A DNA stretch of 63,978 bases, counting the filler, from Phoronis australis (taxonomy: Eukaryota; Animalia; Phoronida): assembly GCA_002633005.1 (NCBI GenBank). It is 8 parts of 8 records of this genome, joined end to end, with 100 filler letters (N's around TTAATTAATTAA, not from the genome) between each part and the next. Parts side by side here need not be neighbours in the genome. Positions count along the whole stretch, not along the records: positions 7,891 to 14,179 come from NMRA01002182.1; positions 14,280 to 34,878 come from NMRA01001048.1; 6 more parts are not named here. One strand, 5' to 3'. Positions within the stretch are counted from its first letter, which is position 1. Each line of letters starts with the position of its first letter. Position numbers and translations under genes: made by a program. The notes beneath the pieces were generated by a model that was not told the origin of the DNA, made no database searches, and saw only the letters and a program-made list of their open reading frames with translations. Shown one piece after another: positions 9,820-22,757 of this stretch.

Positions 9820-11182
9820 GTGGGTGCTGGGATTTGGTTTGCTTTAAAATAATGCTTGTATGTCAGGATAAATGTGTTTCAACTTTTTTCAACCCTGTTA
9901 TACTGGTCATTGACTGGTCACTGACTGGTCATTCCTCAAAAAACAGCTGAAAAACAACGTTTTTGTGATTATTGTTGGATGGAATACACTTTTTGATGTT
10001 ATTAGTTTTGACCAGACCTATTAAAGGAGAATGCCATCCAAAAAACAAAATATTTTGTATCAATTTAGATCGAGTAGTTCCACTCGATGACAGCAAGTAC
10101 AGTTCTTTTACCTGACACCTGACGTCAGACGAAGGTGTTGAAATTAACCAATGACGTCAGAAGTACGAACACAGTCTGCTCAGTAGTTCACAACACACTT
10201 ACTGGTGTCAGCTTATCGCTTGAATTCATCGTTTTACACCAATAAAACTTCAAAATTTGATGTAAATCCCTTACAAATACATTTTGAGTTATTGAACAAA
10301 CGTGTTGTTTTATTTCACTGGTACGGATTTATAGGTATTTCAACGTACTGTAGCCTACAAAGTTTGATAGGCCAATTTACCAAGGTCGGTCGGAAAAGTT
10401 TAGGGTCTCTTCGGTGATAAATTCGAATTATTTTTCCGAGAAATACAAACAGGAGAACATAGCTGTGGGTTGTAATTTTAGACTTGGGATTTTTTCAGTT
10501 CTAGACACAAAACGCTTGTTATCCCGGCCAGTGGCTCGGAACCCAATCAGTCCCGTCGCTGCTGGACAGAAGACATCACGAATATAAACCAGCCAAAGTT
10601 GGAAACTAAATTTCCAGTCACGAAAAGACTATACTAATGAGCCAAAGAAATAATATGCACATGATTATTTTGGTGAATTAGCCGCGAAACTGCAAATCTA
10701 CTTACTTGTCGGGTGCTGCGAAGTCAGGTTCCCCTTCCACAGAACTGTCAGGGCAAAAGTTGTACAGTAGCAATGATACGAATAATGTATATGAACATCT
10801 ATATAGAGATTTCCCTAACATCTGACCATAGGATATAAAATCGAGTTATTGTTTCACAACAGGTTTCTGTCGGCAAGCACTAAATCTGCAAGCCCCTCAC
10901 ACGGCCTCGGTGCACAGTCAATTAGCTTTATTGCATCTAAAGCCGGTAACGCAGTTAGTTATTCATTGCTGGCTTCTCAAAACATTTGCACTCACGAACA
11001 CTCCAAAGGCATTACAAATTGTATCTAATGAGACACGCTTCGTTTCAGTTTTATAAAAGCATTGGTTAGGGTGAGAATAATTCATTTTGTAACAGAACGC
11101 ACAATGATGGCAACTCACTATAACCCGATCATAATCTAGTTGGCTTGCTTTGAATGCTAATTTCTTTGTATTTCTCCTTCAG

Positions 11183-11324
11183 CCCTACAAAGCACCCTTT
11201 GCCTTACTGGTTGCCCTGTACAGCGGATACAATGAAACACCCAAGAAACTTAGCATGGCTGAAGATGAAGTGAAAGAAAGAGCTCAGAAGTTAACTGACA
11301 CTGATCTTAATGATCGACAATATG
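11183..11324 (+). CDS. MUS81-like nuclease, exon b (winged helix)
   Basis: cag/gtaata boundaries; PYKAPFALLVALYSGYNETPKKLSMAEDEVKERAQKLTDTDLNDRQY; phase 0 to 1. Confidence 0.8.
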
Positions 11325-11446
11325 GTAATAGGCAATGGGTGCTATGGTAATGGGGGTGTGGGCAGTATGGTAATAGGCAACGGGTGCAGTATGGTAATAG
11401 GCATCAGGTGTAATATGCTAATAGACAACGGGTGCAGTATGGTTAC
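11321..11446. repeat. ~22-24 bp minisatellite built on the exon b donor (TATGGTAATAGGCAACGGGTGCAG)
   Basis: About five degenerate units starting at the splice donor. Confidence 0.7.
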
Positions 11447-12697
11447 TTGGGTGAGGGTTAGATGGGAGATGGAGGGAATGGCATTGGTTTATGAAGTAGG
11501 ATTATTGTAGAAAGTATAGAAAAGGACAGACTTGGGATTCCATGTTACATTCTGCCAAAAGTTTACTTAGCCTGATTATTGATAAAGCATAAATATTGTA
11601 TGACATGAAATTATGTAACAGGTTGTTTGGTGACAGTCCATGATGAAAAACCAGCAGCCTTACTTTAAGTGAAATTGTGTACTGTATAACACATGCAACG
11701 AAATGCAGAATTTAGTTTAGAGACAGATTACTGAATCAGCTTAACGGGGTCATTATAAATGATATGAATGTTGTGAAGGAAATGGTCTTCTTCAGCAATA
11801 TGTTTGGAGGGAAAAGGTGGAGTTTCCTATAAAGACTTGTTCCCACTATTAGTATGTTCACACGAGTGTCTAAATTGCAAATCAAAATGTGACCATTTTT
11901 GCCCTTAGTTTTTTTACTTGCCATCGGAATTGCACTTAAGTGACAATTGATGTCAAAACAAATTCACTGTGCAATAAATTGATTACTGTGACTATAACCA
12001 AAGCCCTCTTACTGCTGTGCATGTGTGTCCTTTGAAGTAAGTCATCTGGCTATAAAAGTTCTTGTGAAAACACAAGGGGTGAGAGGTACAGGTGGCAAAG
12101 TGACCCTTGTTACCGTTCACATGACAGGCGCTTTTGCTTTCTAGTGCAAACGCTAGCATTTTAGGCAGATTGTGAATGAAGTATGTAAATTCATTTATCT
12201 AATGGAATAATTATTATGTTACTCCACATAATTTTTTTTGACCGTCAGTTTGCATGCTACACATCACATTTGTTGATTGACCAACGTGGAATTTACACAC
12301 AGCATGTGTCTTGTCAATTGCTTTGTTTTGGTTGAAAGACTCAAGGTGGCACTGTGATTGCCTTTTTTAATGTAGCCTTTTCTATAGGCATTGCTTTGGT
12401 GTCTTGTGATAGATAATTCTGAAATTTGGTAGACCTCTGTGAATAAATATTGTCACGGACTGCAAACTAAACAGTATGTCACACGCTTTTCTCTACAACT
12501 TAATGTTCTTTGAGATGTAGTGATGTCTGCTCTTTTATCAACAAGTTTTTTACTGGAGGTTTATTGGTTCACCAAGCTATATGTTACTTAATCTTAAATC
12601 GTTCTTTTTATTGTCTACCATTGTTTTCATACAATTAACAATTGTTGTTCTTTTGAATGTTTTCATTTTGAATACAGTTTTATTGTTTTAATTTCAG

Positions 12698-12782
12698 GAA
12701 AGTTTGTAAGTGGCTTTGACTGTATGGATCGTTCACTGATATCAAAAGGCTTAGTACAAAAAGAAGACGCTGCCAATCCAAC
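12698..12782 (+). CDS. MUS81-like nuclease, exon c
   Basis: ttcag/gtatgg; (G)KFVSGFDCMDRSLISKGLVQKEDAANP(T); phases 1 and 2 match the neighbouring exons. Confidence 0.8.
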
Positions 12783-13481
12783 GTATGGGTGATCACGTAT
12801 TTTAATAAAACTTTCTATCACTCGTCCTTTAACTTATGCAGTGAGAAAGTTATTGTTTGTAGCTTAGAATTTAGCATTACTATTAGCTTCATATTCATAA
12901 CACCATATCTTAAATGTCAATTGTCATATAGTGTTTGATTTTACTTTATTTCTGTTTCTGTTGACAAAGGACGTTATTACATCCAAAAATTTCAGTTGAT
13001 CCATTCTTGTTGTTTTATTTACCTATTTATATTAGTTTCATAAATACAGTTAGTAAGTATTTTTTTGACATTTTGGGTTTTGCTGTTGACTGTTGAGATG
13101 TTTTGTAGTTTAATTTTCAGTATTTGAAACTTAATTATGGAGATAGTTTTATGAGAAAAGCGTCTGTATTTGAAATTAAGTGATGTGAAGTTTCACTTTT
13201 TTCTCAGATAACTGTGTTCCAGACTACAGAGACTTTCCTTGACTAAAATTGCTATGAGTCACTAATCAAATATTTCCCATTAATAATTACTGAATTATTG
13301 AAACTTCATTGGTTGATGACCTGTAATCATACTTACTGACTGGTTTTCCATGAAAATCATTATGACTATTTGGTTTGTAAGTTGCCATACTTCTCAGTCT
13401 CTAACTATGACATATTTTGAAACATTTCAACTAATTAAGTTCACTTCACTTGTACCTTCACCCGAATTTCTTTCGACGCAG

Positions 13482-13610
13482 GTATGCTTTGACAGAGTCT
13501 GGAGCGGCCCTTGCCAAACGCCTGTCCATCTACCATGATGCTTTCTCTAGATTCAAGTTGTTCACTAATCTGCCTGTGTTACCTGATCTGGCGCAGGGAC
13601 ATCCTCAGGG
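13482..13610 (+). CDS. MUS81-like nuclease, exon d
   Basis: cgcag/gtaaga; YALTESGAALAKRLSIYHDAFSRFKLFTNLPVLPDLAQGHPQ. YALTESG..LA..L is the typical end of the MUS81 winged helix. Confidence 0.8.
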
Positions 13611-14075
13611 GTAAGACTGCAGCACATCTCTACAGTGCTTTACTTTCCTTTTATCAAACCTCATTCTCGGTTTATGGTAAATTAATACAATTTACTATAA
13701 ATATTGTGCCAGAACCTGGTACTAGAATGGTTGGGAACATTTTTGCAATATTAGAAGACTTCAATGTTATGAAGATTTTATTATTGAATTAACACATAGT
13801 AATAAACAGATTTGTTGCCATGACGAAACACAATACAATCTCAATATCAAATGCAAAAAATATAAATAACTGGATTAACAGTCCAAGTTAAGAAATAATT
13901 TAAAGAACTCTCCATGTGAGATCTATTACGTCCGTAATTTTGTTCATTTGGTGGAAGCCAGTCACTGTTATAGGCTGACAATCCTTTTCCTACTCAAGGT
14001 TTCTCACATTTTATTAGAGTGCTAAGTTCTTGTGATGACAGCTAACACTGTTTAATTTTATTGTTCTTGCTTTAG

Positions 14076-14179
14076 TACCCGTTGCAAAAACAGAAATGTG
14101 GTCTTGATCATTGATGAGCGAGAGAGAGACAAAGATCGTCTGGTCGCTCAGTGTAGGCAAGCAGGTATTGCAACACAGA
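14076..14179 (+). CDS. MUS81-like nuclease, exon e (start of ERCC4 nuclease domain; cut by contig end)
   Basis: tttag acceptor; TRCKNRNVVLIIDERERDKDRLVAQCRQAGIATQ carries the XPF/MUS81 V-L-I-I-D-x-R-E motif. Confidence 0.75.
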
Positions 14180-14279
14180 NNNNNNNNNNNNNNNNNNNNN
14201 NNNNNNNNNNNNNNNNNNNNNNNTTAATTAATTAANNNNNNNNNNNNNNNNNNNNNNNNNNNNNNNNNNNNNNNNNNNN
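14180..14279. other. Artificial contig linker
   Basis: N44-TTAATTAATTAA-N44. Confidence 0.97.
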
Positions 14280-15087
14280 GTAAGGAACTAAATACCAATG
14301 CTATTTTAACATACTAAGTACGCGTAACATTCCAAAAAAATCAACGACCACTAACTACAAACTATAAATACACTACATATGCAAACGAATCACGATATAT
14401 TACTAATAAAACAAAATAATGAAGACTTTTCGAGCAAGCTATAGCACATTCAGTTACAAGGAAAAAATGGCAGCGTTCAGGACAAGTTCCTGAACTGATG
14501 AGCCGGAAATGTGGGTACGGAAATAACCGATGACAACCGGTAATCATACGCTCAGGGAGAAGGGTCAAATACTCTTAAAAATCGCTTTTGGCAAGAAAGG
14601 CGAAAAGAATATAAAGAAAGGGTGTCGAAAATAAGAATTTATGTAGTAAGTATTTTCGGAAATTGGAACCACATGGGCAGTTTGCAAGAAGGACTTTAAA
14701 TGTTTCCCAGTCTGAGCAAGCAGAATATACTCTTTTCAAAAAGCTCCTCAAAACAGAGAGCTCATATCTCAGAGGACATTGTATATTTATATATTTGTGT
14801 TTTATCATCATGGTTGCGCATGCCAACTTCACGTGTTATATTGCATTTGTCATTTCCGATGTGCGTTTCATTGTGAACTAGTTGTGAATGGTGGCCTGAA
14901 GATGAGATACGTGTCTGGAAATATCGCTTTTTAAATTATGTTACCTACTGATGTCGTTTGGATTTTTATTGCTCTGCTATGATGTAAAGACAAGATCTCT
15001 ATTTAGAGAGTTTGAAAGTACTGGAATTAAACAGATCAAAGTCGTGTCTTCAGTGAAATATGTATACGAGAAAGATTACTGCCAAAT

Positions 15088-15135
15088 ATCTCTCCCTCTC
15101 TCTCTCTCCCTCCCTCCCTTTCTCCCTCTCTCTCT
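15088..15135. repeat. (CT)n-rich microsatellite
   Basis: Direct reading. Confidence 0.85.
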
Positions 15136-15210
15136 ATACCACATAGCCTCGAATGGCAGATACAACCGTGTAATAACCCATAAAGTTATCTCACTAGTGA
15201 GATAACATTT

Positions 15211-15290
15211 TGGCGGGAAACCTAGGCCGGATTCAAACCCGGGCCTCAAGAGTTTCGAGCCGCCAACTTTACCACTACACCACTCATCTC
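15211..15290 (-). repeat. tRNA-derived SINE head / pseudo-tRNA
   Basis: Reverse complement: TGGTGTAGTGG (A box) ... GGTTTGAATCC (B-box-like). Stems pair poorly. Confidence 0.5.
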
Positions 15291-15571
15291 GAGATAACGG
15301 GATAACGACTTCGCCATGTAACAATTTTTTCCAAAATCAGCAAATATCCAACTTCTTCACATCCCACAAATCCGAGTTTTACTGAAGAACACAAATGCAA
15401 AAACTGACAGTGTACAATAAAACATGAAACATGCTACATGTCAACAGAAATATGGCACTGATGACCCTGTTAAGTAAACCTAATTATGCTGAGATGGAAT
15501 TTCATATCAAAATACAACAGCACACGAAATAGATAAAAATAAATGCAACCGTCATGTCAATACATCTACTA

Positions 15572-15650
15572 TTAATATAATATATAATTTATTAATCTTA
15601 ATATAATATATAATTTATTAATCTTAATATAATATATAATTTATTAATCT
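15572..15650. repeat. 26-bp AT-rich tandem repeat x3
   Basis: TTAATATAATATATAATTTATTAATC repeated three times. Confidence 0.85.
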
Positions 15651-17204
15651 GATGGCACAAAGCAATGGCTAGAATGACACTTAGTTGAAGCATTGAACAA
15701 CATGATAAGTCACACAATAACAAATATAACAAATAACTTTAATTTCTACAACTGTTTTGTAAGTGTAACGTTGTCGGTTTACGACGTATATGAACCAATC
15801 TAATGAAAAAAGAATTATACTATCAAGTAATCAGCATTAAAGCAAACACCATTCAAGTAAATAAAACACATGCAATAAAATTATTTATAAATGCTCTAAG
15901 GATATACGTTATAGTAATACCGGATTAACTGTCATACATTAATGTGCTACCGGAAATAATTAATATCTATTATAAACTCAGTACTGACACTAAATCCCTG
16001 CAAGAGGGAGTTACAACCTCCAGAGGCACAACAAAGACCCCTATTTTAGGTGCATTGTGAAGAGCAAAACTGAGAGAAACTCGAGAACTTGGAAGCGACC
16101 AAGCAAGAGAAAACCAATTGTTTTGGAAGGAAGCTCAGGACCCAACCAGTGTAAAGCAGTAGAATTAATGGTTGCTATTAAAGTGACTAGTTGGCAAGGA
16201 TGGAACTATGAAATTTGGGAGAAAACTCACCATTTACGTTTGATAGGCAACGACTGATGTCTTTCTAGTCTGTCGTCGCATGCCGTGAATTATTCACTAA
16301 CAAGAAAACACGCATTTCCCAAGATATGTGGGAATTTTTACCACAGCTCCTTCAGCCTTGTTCAGAAAGGCTTTCTCGAGGATCAAAGAGAGTGTGAGGT
16401 CAGAGTCACATGAAGTTGTGATGACCGTATTGTCCAGTGCGAGCAAGAACCAATTAAGTGACTGCGTAACTTCTTATCCGTGTTGATCTACCGACATCGT
16501 ATGCTCTCTTTGTAGTCACGGTTTATGGTTTTTACAACTTCTGATTCCCCATGATGTGAACAGCGACATCTGGCAGACATGAATGAAAAGTGATATTCCA
16601 CCATCATGTCACAGATTGGATATTATGGTAATTTGTGGGGGTCTTTCCCAGAGTTACCATGTAATTTGCCAATAGCACAACTTGCACTTACCCATTTAGC
16701 AGACTTTTAAAGGGGTTTTCGAAATTTCGCCAAACTTGAAGGTTGTCTAAGGTTGAAAAACATTATAATGTATCAGAGAATTCGATAGGAAAGTCATTTT
16801 TAATATCTAATAATAGAAGAAACCTGGGTTTGGCATTCTTTAAGAATCCTTATTGAATGATTGAGGTGCTGTTCACTTGTCCTAAGTAACTGATATTTCC
16901 TTGCGATTCAACTATATACAGGAACTGCGATTCGTTGCGACTGGTGTAGTTCGGCACTTTCCAATAATTTTCATTGCTTGTTTCTTTTGGTAGATGGTCT
17001 CAAGAAAGAGCACAGAATCCCACATCATGGGCACATCCACTGTTTTTGACTGAACCATTCATCCCAGGGATCTACACTCAGTATGAAGTATAACTTCTGG
17101 ATTCATTTTGCCTGAAAAGTGCAAGAGGGTGCAAGATTGACAACAGGTCCTTACTATGCAAGTTTAGTGTACTTTAGTACACTAAGTTTACTGTAACTTT
17201 AAAA

Positions 17205-18020
17205 AGTTGCATTGAGGGCTAATTATGGGAGAATGTGATCGATTCCCATTCTTTACTAAATATTTTATATCCTGTATGAAATATTGGTTCAAAATACTGG
17301 AGATGCCTAGTAATCGTGGGGTGAATGCAGCATATGATATGCTTTTTCAGTCAGACCTGATGCGAAGATTTTCTTATAATTGGGCAAGTTTTGTAAGGAA
17401 ATTTGTGTCTGTGTATGGTTTTTCAGATGTATGGATTAATCAGAGTTTGGTAAACCAAGCCTACATGTATTTCTTGACATTTTTTCTCGACCTGTTAGTA
17501 ACTCTTATTTGCAAGGCTGGCAATCTGATATCGAATGTAACGCAAACCTGCCTTACTATGTGAGGTATAAAACTGTTACAATATATTGTCTAGAGAATTA
17601 TCTAGAAATAGTTAGTATCCCACATGTTTTTATCTAGTTTCTGACTCGACTGCGGTGTTCAAATCATTCGTTACTAGTGGAAAGAGGTCGCCACACAGAC
17701 ATTCCCTATGGTTTTTTGAGTTATGTAATCCGGGATGTGTAGAGGACGAATACCACTTTGTGTTAGTTTGCAATGTGTACAAAGACCTTCGGGTTAAGTA
17801 CCCAAGTGATCATTTTTGTCATTCTCCCGCCACATCTAAATTTGAATCTCTTATGAGAAATCCGGATACCCAACCTCTAAAATTTGTCCACCATGCTCTC
17901 AAGCGTCACTATTTATTATCCAGTTTGTAACGCACCTGACAATGTTGTCTTGTACATGTTATACTTTGGGCCTATGGCTATGTGTATATATTTCAATAAA
18001 TCAGTAAATAAATCAGCAAG
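17205..18020 (+). mobile_element. 5'-truncated, frameshifted non-LTR retrotransposon (LINE ORF2 C-terminus, RTE-X/CR1-group-like)
   Basis: Broken frames give GECDRFP...KYWFKILEMP...NWASFVRK...YGFSDVW.NQ, LTRLRCSNHSLLVERGR and C..EDEYHFVLVCNVYKDLR (LINE C-terminal Zn finger). Ends in an AATAAATCAG-type repeated tail. Confidence 0.75.
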
Positions 18021-18480
18021 TCAAAAATGACCACCTTTCAAGTCAGATGAAATGAGAAAGAAGTAGGAAAACGAAAAAACACCTAAGAATCCATCCAAAG
18101 TGTTAACAAACGCCTCATTTCACGGCTTGCTTTCTGTATCCGTCATAAAATTTAAAATTAAATCCACAAGCACCCCAATCTCCCAATCGCTCAACCATTT
18201 AAGAAACATACAGACTGGTGGTCAAGAAATCCGCGCACAATGATTTTTTCTGGACTGCCGTATCTTGTTGATCAATTGAAGATGTTACTGTAGAATTCTT
18301 CGCATGTACACGTTAATGGGCTGGGCGTTTATTTCAGGGATGTCTGAAAATGCGTGGCAGGCGCTAATACGGGAATGGGCGCTTATTAGGGCGACTACGG
18401 TAAGATTTTCATTCTTTGCCATCTAAATAAGGAAAAATGCAACTTTTAAACATCCTCTGCCACCATTTTGAAATACTTAC

Positions 18481-18648
18481 GCCATGGAGATATTCATAAA
18501 CATTAGCACCTTTCTCATTGTCATAGAAGTGGTCACACCTTTCATAAACATTGCAACTCTTTTCGTAAACATTTTCACCATTTTCTTGTCCTGTCAAACA
18601 ACTCTGCACATAATCTCGCAGGCAGTCATGGATGAAAATGTACTGCAT
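18481..18648 (-). CDS. Receptor-type PTP-like gene, exon g (Q-loop end and Tyr-rich tail)
   Basis: tttag acceptor; MQYIFIHDCLRDYVQSCLTGQENGENVYEKSCNVYERCDHFYDNEKGANVYEYLHG, then gtaagt. Could instead read through to the stop at 18409. Confidence 0.85.
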
Positions 18649-20922
18649 CTAAAACAAACACAGAGGTGAGGAATACACTGACCCAAAACTATAACACTGT
18701 GCACATTACACAAACAGGGCTTGGAATGACTCATGACGAAAAAAGAGGAAATTTTTACGGCCCTAAATACACATTCTAAACCATACCTCAACAGATCGAA
18801 AGTAAACATTATTGTCACAAGATGCCCTGTTACTGTGTCGTGTTGGCAAAACGCACTCATTTCAAGCGGTACCTGACATCTATTTCAGCAACAACAATAA
18901 AGGCAATTGAATGCAACAAAATATATTTTTTAAAATTAAAATTAAAATAATAAAGATAATGATGAAAATTTTGCAGTGTAAGTGGCACCAGCTTATTCTT
19001 GATTTGCTGCAGGGAGACCTATAAAATTATTTTCAATTCTTATAATTACGATAAATTACAAAAAAAATTCGATCCATAGATTATCTAGAAAGCTTGAAAT
19101 ACATACACATTTAATTCCAACAAAAATTTATTTCCAACGCAAGTGGAAAAAAAAACCTGTGGCTCATACCCCAACTGTTAGCATAGAAAAATGAAAGTCA
19201 AAAAACATACTTTAAACTATAGAATGCATCAATCACAAAGCTAAGTTGGCCAAACTTTTCAGTTTCAAACAGTAATTACAGGAGTTAGTTGTTTATAAGC
19301 CACGCTGGTGTAGAAGAAACTATATGACAAGACATAACTACCAGGACACTGAAAATAGGCTCGCAAAATTTGTAAACAATGGCTTAGACCAATCAGATCA
19401 TTCAGAATGTGTCACATGATCACTTCTCTTGAACTGCAAAACTCGAGTCACAAAATAGAACACGAAAAATGTCACAATAAGTTGAAAAACATGAAAGGCA
19501 ATTGAAAACACATTTGCAGTAACAAAAATAGCACTTTGTATCCCGTTTCGGCGGCACATAGAAAATCGCAGTCCTGAGGCGGTCAGGCCTAGCAGTAGCA
19601 GCCAACGGCAACGGACGTGCATGTGGGATCAAACAAAAAAATTTCAAACATCACTCACATCCTATGATTCCGATCCAACGAATAACCGGTTACGGTTGAA
19701 TTTCTTTACAGGAAGCGTTGTTATTTCTAACGTTTCATCGTTTTCAGTCGGTCCTCCGACTCCAGCTTAGTCCAAGACGACTCGGCCACGCACTCCGTAA
19801 TGGTTCCTCTCTCAAAGTTTACAGAGCACAAACCTTGACTTAAGTTGTGTGTAAAGACACTTTTTCCACGAAATATTCAGTCTACTCCACGATCGACGCA
19901 TTTTTGACCGCAGAATCGCACTATTTGTCACTGCGATTTTATACCAAATGCAGACGCCATTAATGAACCACGCTATCCCAGGCACAGGCGCTTAAATTTA
20001 TCTGTTCCTCGATTGCCACTGACGTCACTCATTATTGAGGAAACATGTTTCTTAATATGGTTGCCAGTCATCGGGAAATTCGAGCGCCTGTGATACGCAA
20101 TTACAATTTTCATTCCTCCGAAACATAAAGAGCAGTTTCCGCTTTTCGAGTCGTCGGAAACGCCGCCGTGAGAAACCAATTTGCGGCGATAATTTTATGG
20201 AAAATCCGATTTTTCCGCGGAAATATAACGAAAATACGTGAAGGGAATAAAACAAAAAAGTGGGAATCCCCGTTTTCGCGAAAATTCCAAGCCTTGCACA
20301 AAGCAGATTGTTCAGACCCGAGTTTTAGAACATTAACAGGTGAAGTCACTTTAAAATTAAGATTATAGCAACTTTCGGGCTGGCCACGACATGTAAATAA
20401 TCCTATGTTGACACCCTTGTCGTTCGAGATTGGGCAACTCGACCGTTTTACGTAGCTCCAAATCTGCCAGCACTGATCAAAGACAACATGCTCTTGTAGT
20501 TGCATCGCCTCAGCTGCTGATGTTATCATTCCATTTGAAAGTTTTTAAATAGCTCATTTGAACAGCTTGTGAAAAGTACACGTGATTAGGTTTTTGATAT
20601 TTGAAAATCAGACAATACACGTGACTTTGACCTAGAATATTTGACAAATGGTTCCTCATTAATTCTGCTGAATGTGCAACATACATAGGCCAATTACCAA
20701 ACCAGGCGACAATTGGATTTTGAGGTAAACCAAGTGTTGTACAATACTTGGCATGAATAGCTTGTACCTCAAATTAACATGATGAACCAACGTTGATCTA
20801 AATTTCTTTTGTGTCATGTGACAGCAATGAGATCGATCTATAATCAGTAAGCGTTGCTTTGTTTCTGTGAGGAGAACAATGATTACAAATTTCCATTTTA
20901 GAACAGTATAGCCCATATTTAC

Positions 20923-21058
20923 ATCTGACTGAACCATATGGCAACGATGTTCTCTCATTTCTAGCACCATGCTCAGAATGTCCACTGTGGTGTCGTTGCT
21001 GACTTGCCGAAGTAGACGATCAATACAAATGAACACACCGGTCTGTCCCGCACCAGAA
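20923..21058 (-). CDS. PTP-like gene, exon f (P-loop second half)
   Basis: 136-bp exon, cag/gtaaat; (S)SGAGQTGVFICIDRLLRQVSNDTTVDILSMVLEMREHRCHMVQSD. Confidence 0.92.
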
Positions 21059-21554
21059 CTGTGGAATACGAGTAATGAAATGAATGTTTCAACTGACATT
21101 TGTGCATGATTCTTACAAGTATGCAGTCGAGCAATTGTGAATATACACTATCGGCGCTTCACTGTAAAAACGGATGACTTAAAATACCATCTACAGGGGC
21201 AGATCCAGGATTTTGCTCTTGACACATTTGCACCCCGAACTGCCAAATGGAATCTGAGAGAATTTTAGGGGGGGCATGAGCCCCTTGGCCCCCTTTAAAC
21301 CTGCCACTGATCTGAATACTGAAGTATGAGCGCTCTGGTTCATTAAAGGTAACAATACACAAACCTACAAGCAATCCATAAAAGTAAGCCGTTTAAGTAC
21401 AAACATGATCACAAACATAAAACACTTTCAGTCATTTTATTTCGTTGATTTCCCTCTACTTAATTCATGCTGCTACTTCCTTAGGTTTTTAGAAAAAAGT
21501 AACATATAAGATGCGCTACTAACAATAATCCCTGCCAGTGAGTTGGATACATAC

Positions 21555-21703
21555 CTGCAGTGGACCACTATTGGTCCTCTGTTACTCTGGGGGATGTTTG
21601 AGTTCACTACCTCGATAAAGTTCAACATTGACTTCGTTGAGGGACAGCCATTATTAGGCCAGCCTGAATAGTGCAGCTGTATGATGGTCCGAGTCTCTGA
21701 GCC
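21555..21703 (-). CDS. PTP-like gene, exon e (WPD-loop region to HC)
   Basis: 149 bp, cag/gtatgt; GSETRTIIQLHYSGWPNNGCPSTKSMLNFIEVVNSNIPQSNRGPIVVHC(S). Confidence 0.92.
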
Positions 21704-22757
21704 CTGCAACATGGATATATATATGTGTGTAATATGTATTTATGCATGTACCTTTATATATATGCATATATTAGACACAATGTAAATTATGGAAAGTAAT
21801 AGTCCAGCATGTTCATTGACAGCTCTCCAGAGTGTTAAAAGTGCAGACACTGCTTTTTCAGATGATTTTGGATGACACTTGAAAATCCCTTTTGTGTCTA
21901 ACCTGGCAGCTAACAAAACAACGTCTGGGATTTCCAAAATGCAATGCAAAATTTGAAATGCTTAAGTTTACTTTACACAGAAAATTCGCCTTGAAATCTC
22001 AACAGAAAATCCTAGACGCTTTTGTATCACATGGAATACAGAAAATCAATTTGCTAGTCGTGTATGAAATTTTCAAGGTTGTAAAAACTAAATATCTGTA
22101 AAAATCACATCTATTATGAAATACGGCAAGTGTTAAAACCTGTTTAGGAATTAGTTCAGCAGCAAGCAGGTATTTAAACATAGTTCCCTGAGTGGAAAAT
22201 TAGCACTTAGAAACTTTTAAAAGATACTTGAAGAAATAAATTTCATGGAAATGAAGGAAGGCAGATATTTAAATTCGTTTTTGACATGTATCTTAATTTA
22301 TAGGGATGCAGACATCTATGTGTAACTCTCGACACTGGTTAGATGGGTTTTGTTACCTCAACTATTATTTCATGCATGCATAACAAGGTTATGAGAAAAT
22401 ATCCTAAAATCTCAAAATCTGACAAAGAAATAAACATCTATCTTGAGACATGCCTAATGAGAGTTAAAATAAAAATCTGATACTATGATTTATGTACTGT
22501 TCTATAAATTTTGAGATTGTTTTTAAGGACATGTTATCGAAAATTGTGACTTATAAATTGCATGAAAAAAACTAAAAATTCTGCATTAAAAAGTAATTGT
22601 CAACTTCACTTTCAACTCATCAAATTAATAACATACATAGAATTTCAAACAATATGTGGGGAATTTGTGATTATATCCAAGAAGGTTGACAATTACCTTT
22701 ATTGTCATACTGTTTATACAGCTATGCAAAGCAAAATCTAGCATGCATTACAAAACA

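Noticed and set aside
15211-15290. Functional tRNA gene
   Set aside because: A/B boxes are present but acceptor and anticodon stems do not pair convincingly; kept only as SINE/pseudo-tRNA.
18860-20650. Possible Kolobok/THAP-type non-autonomous element in the last PTP intron
   Set aside because: CpG-richer, repeat-like sequence, but I could not pair termini or find a TSD.
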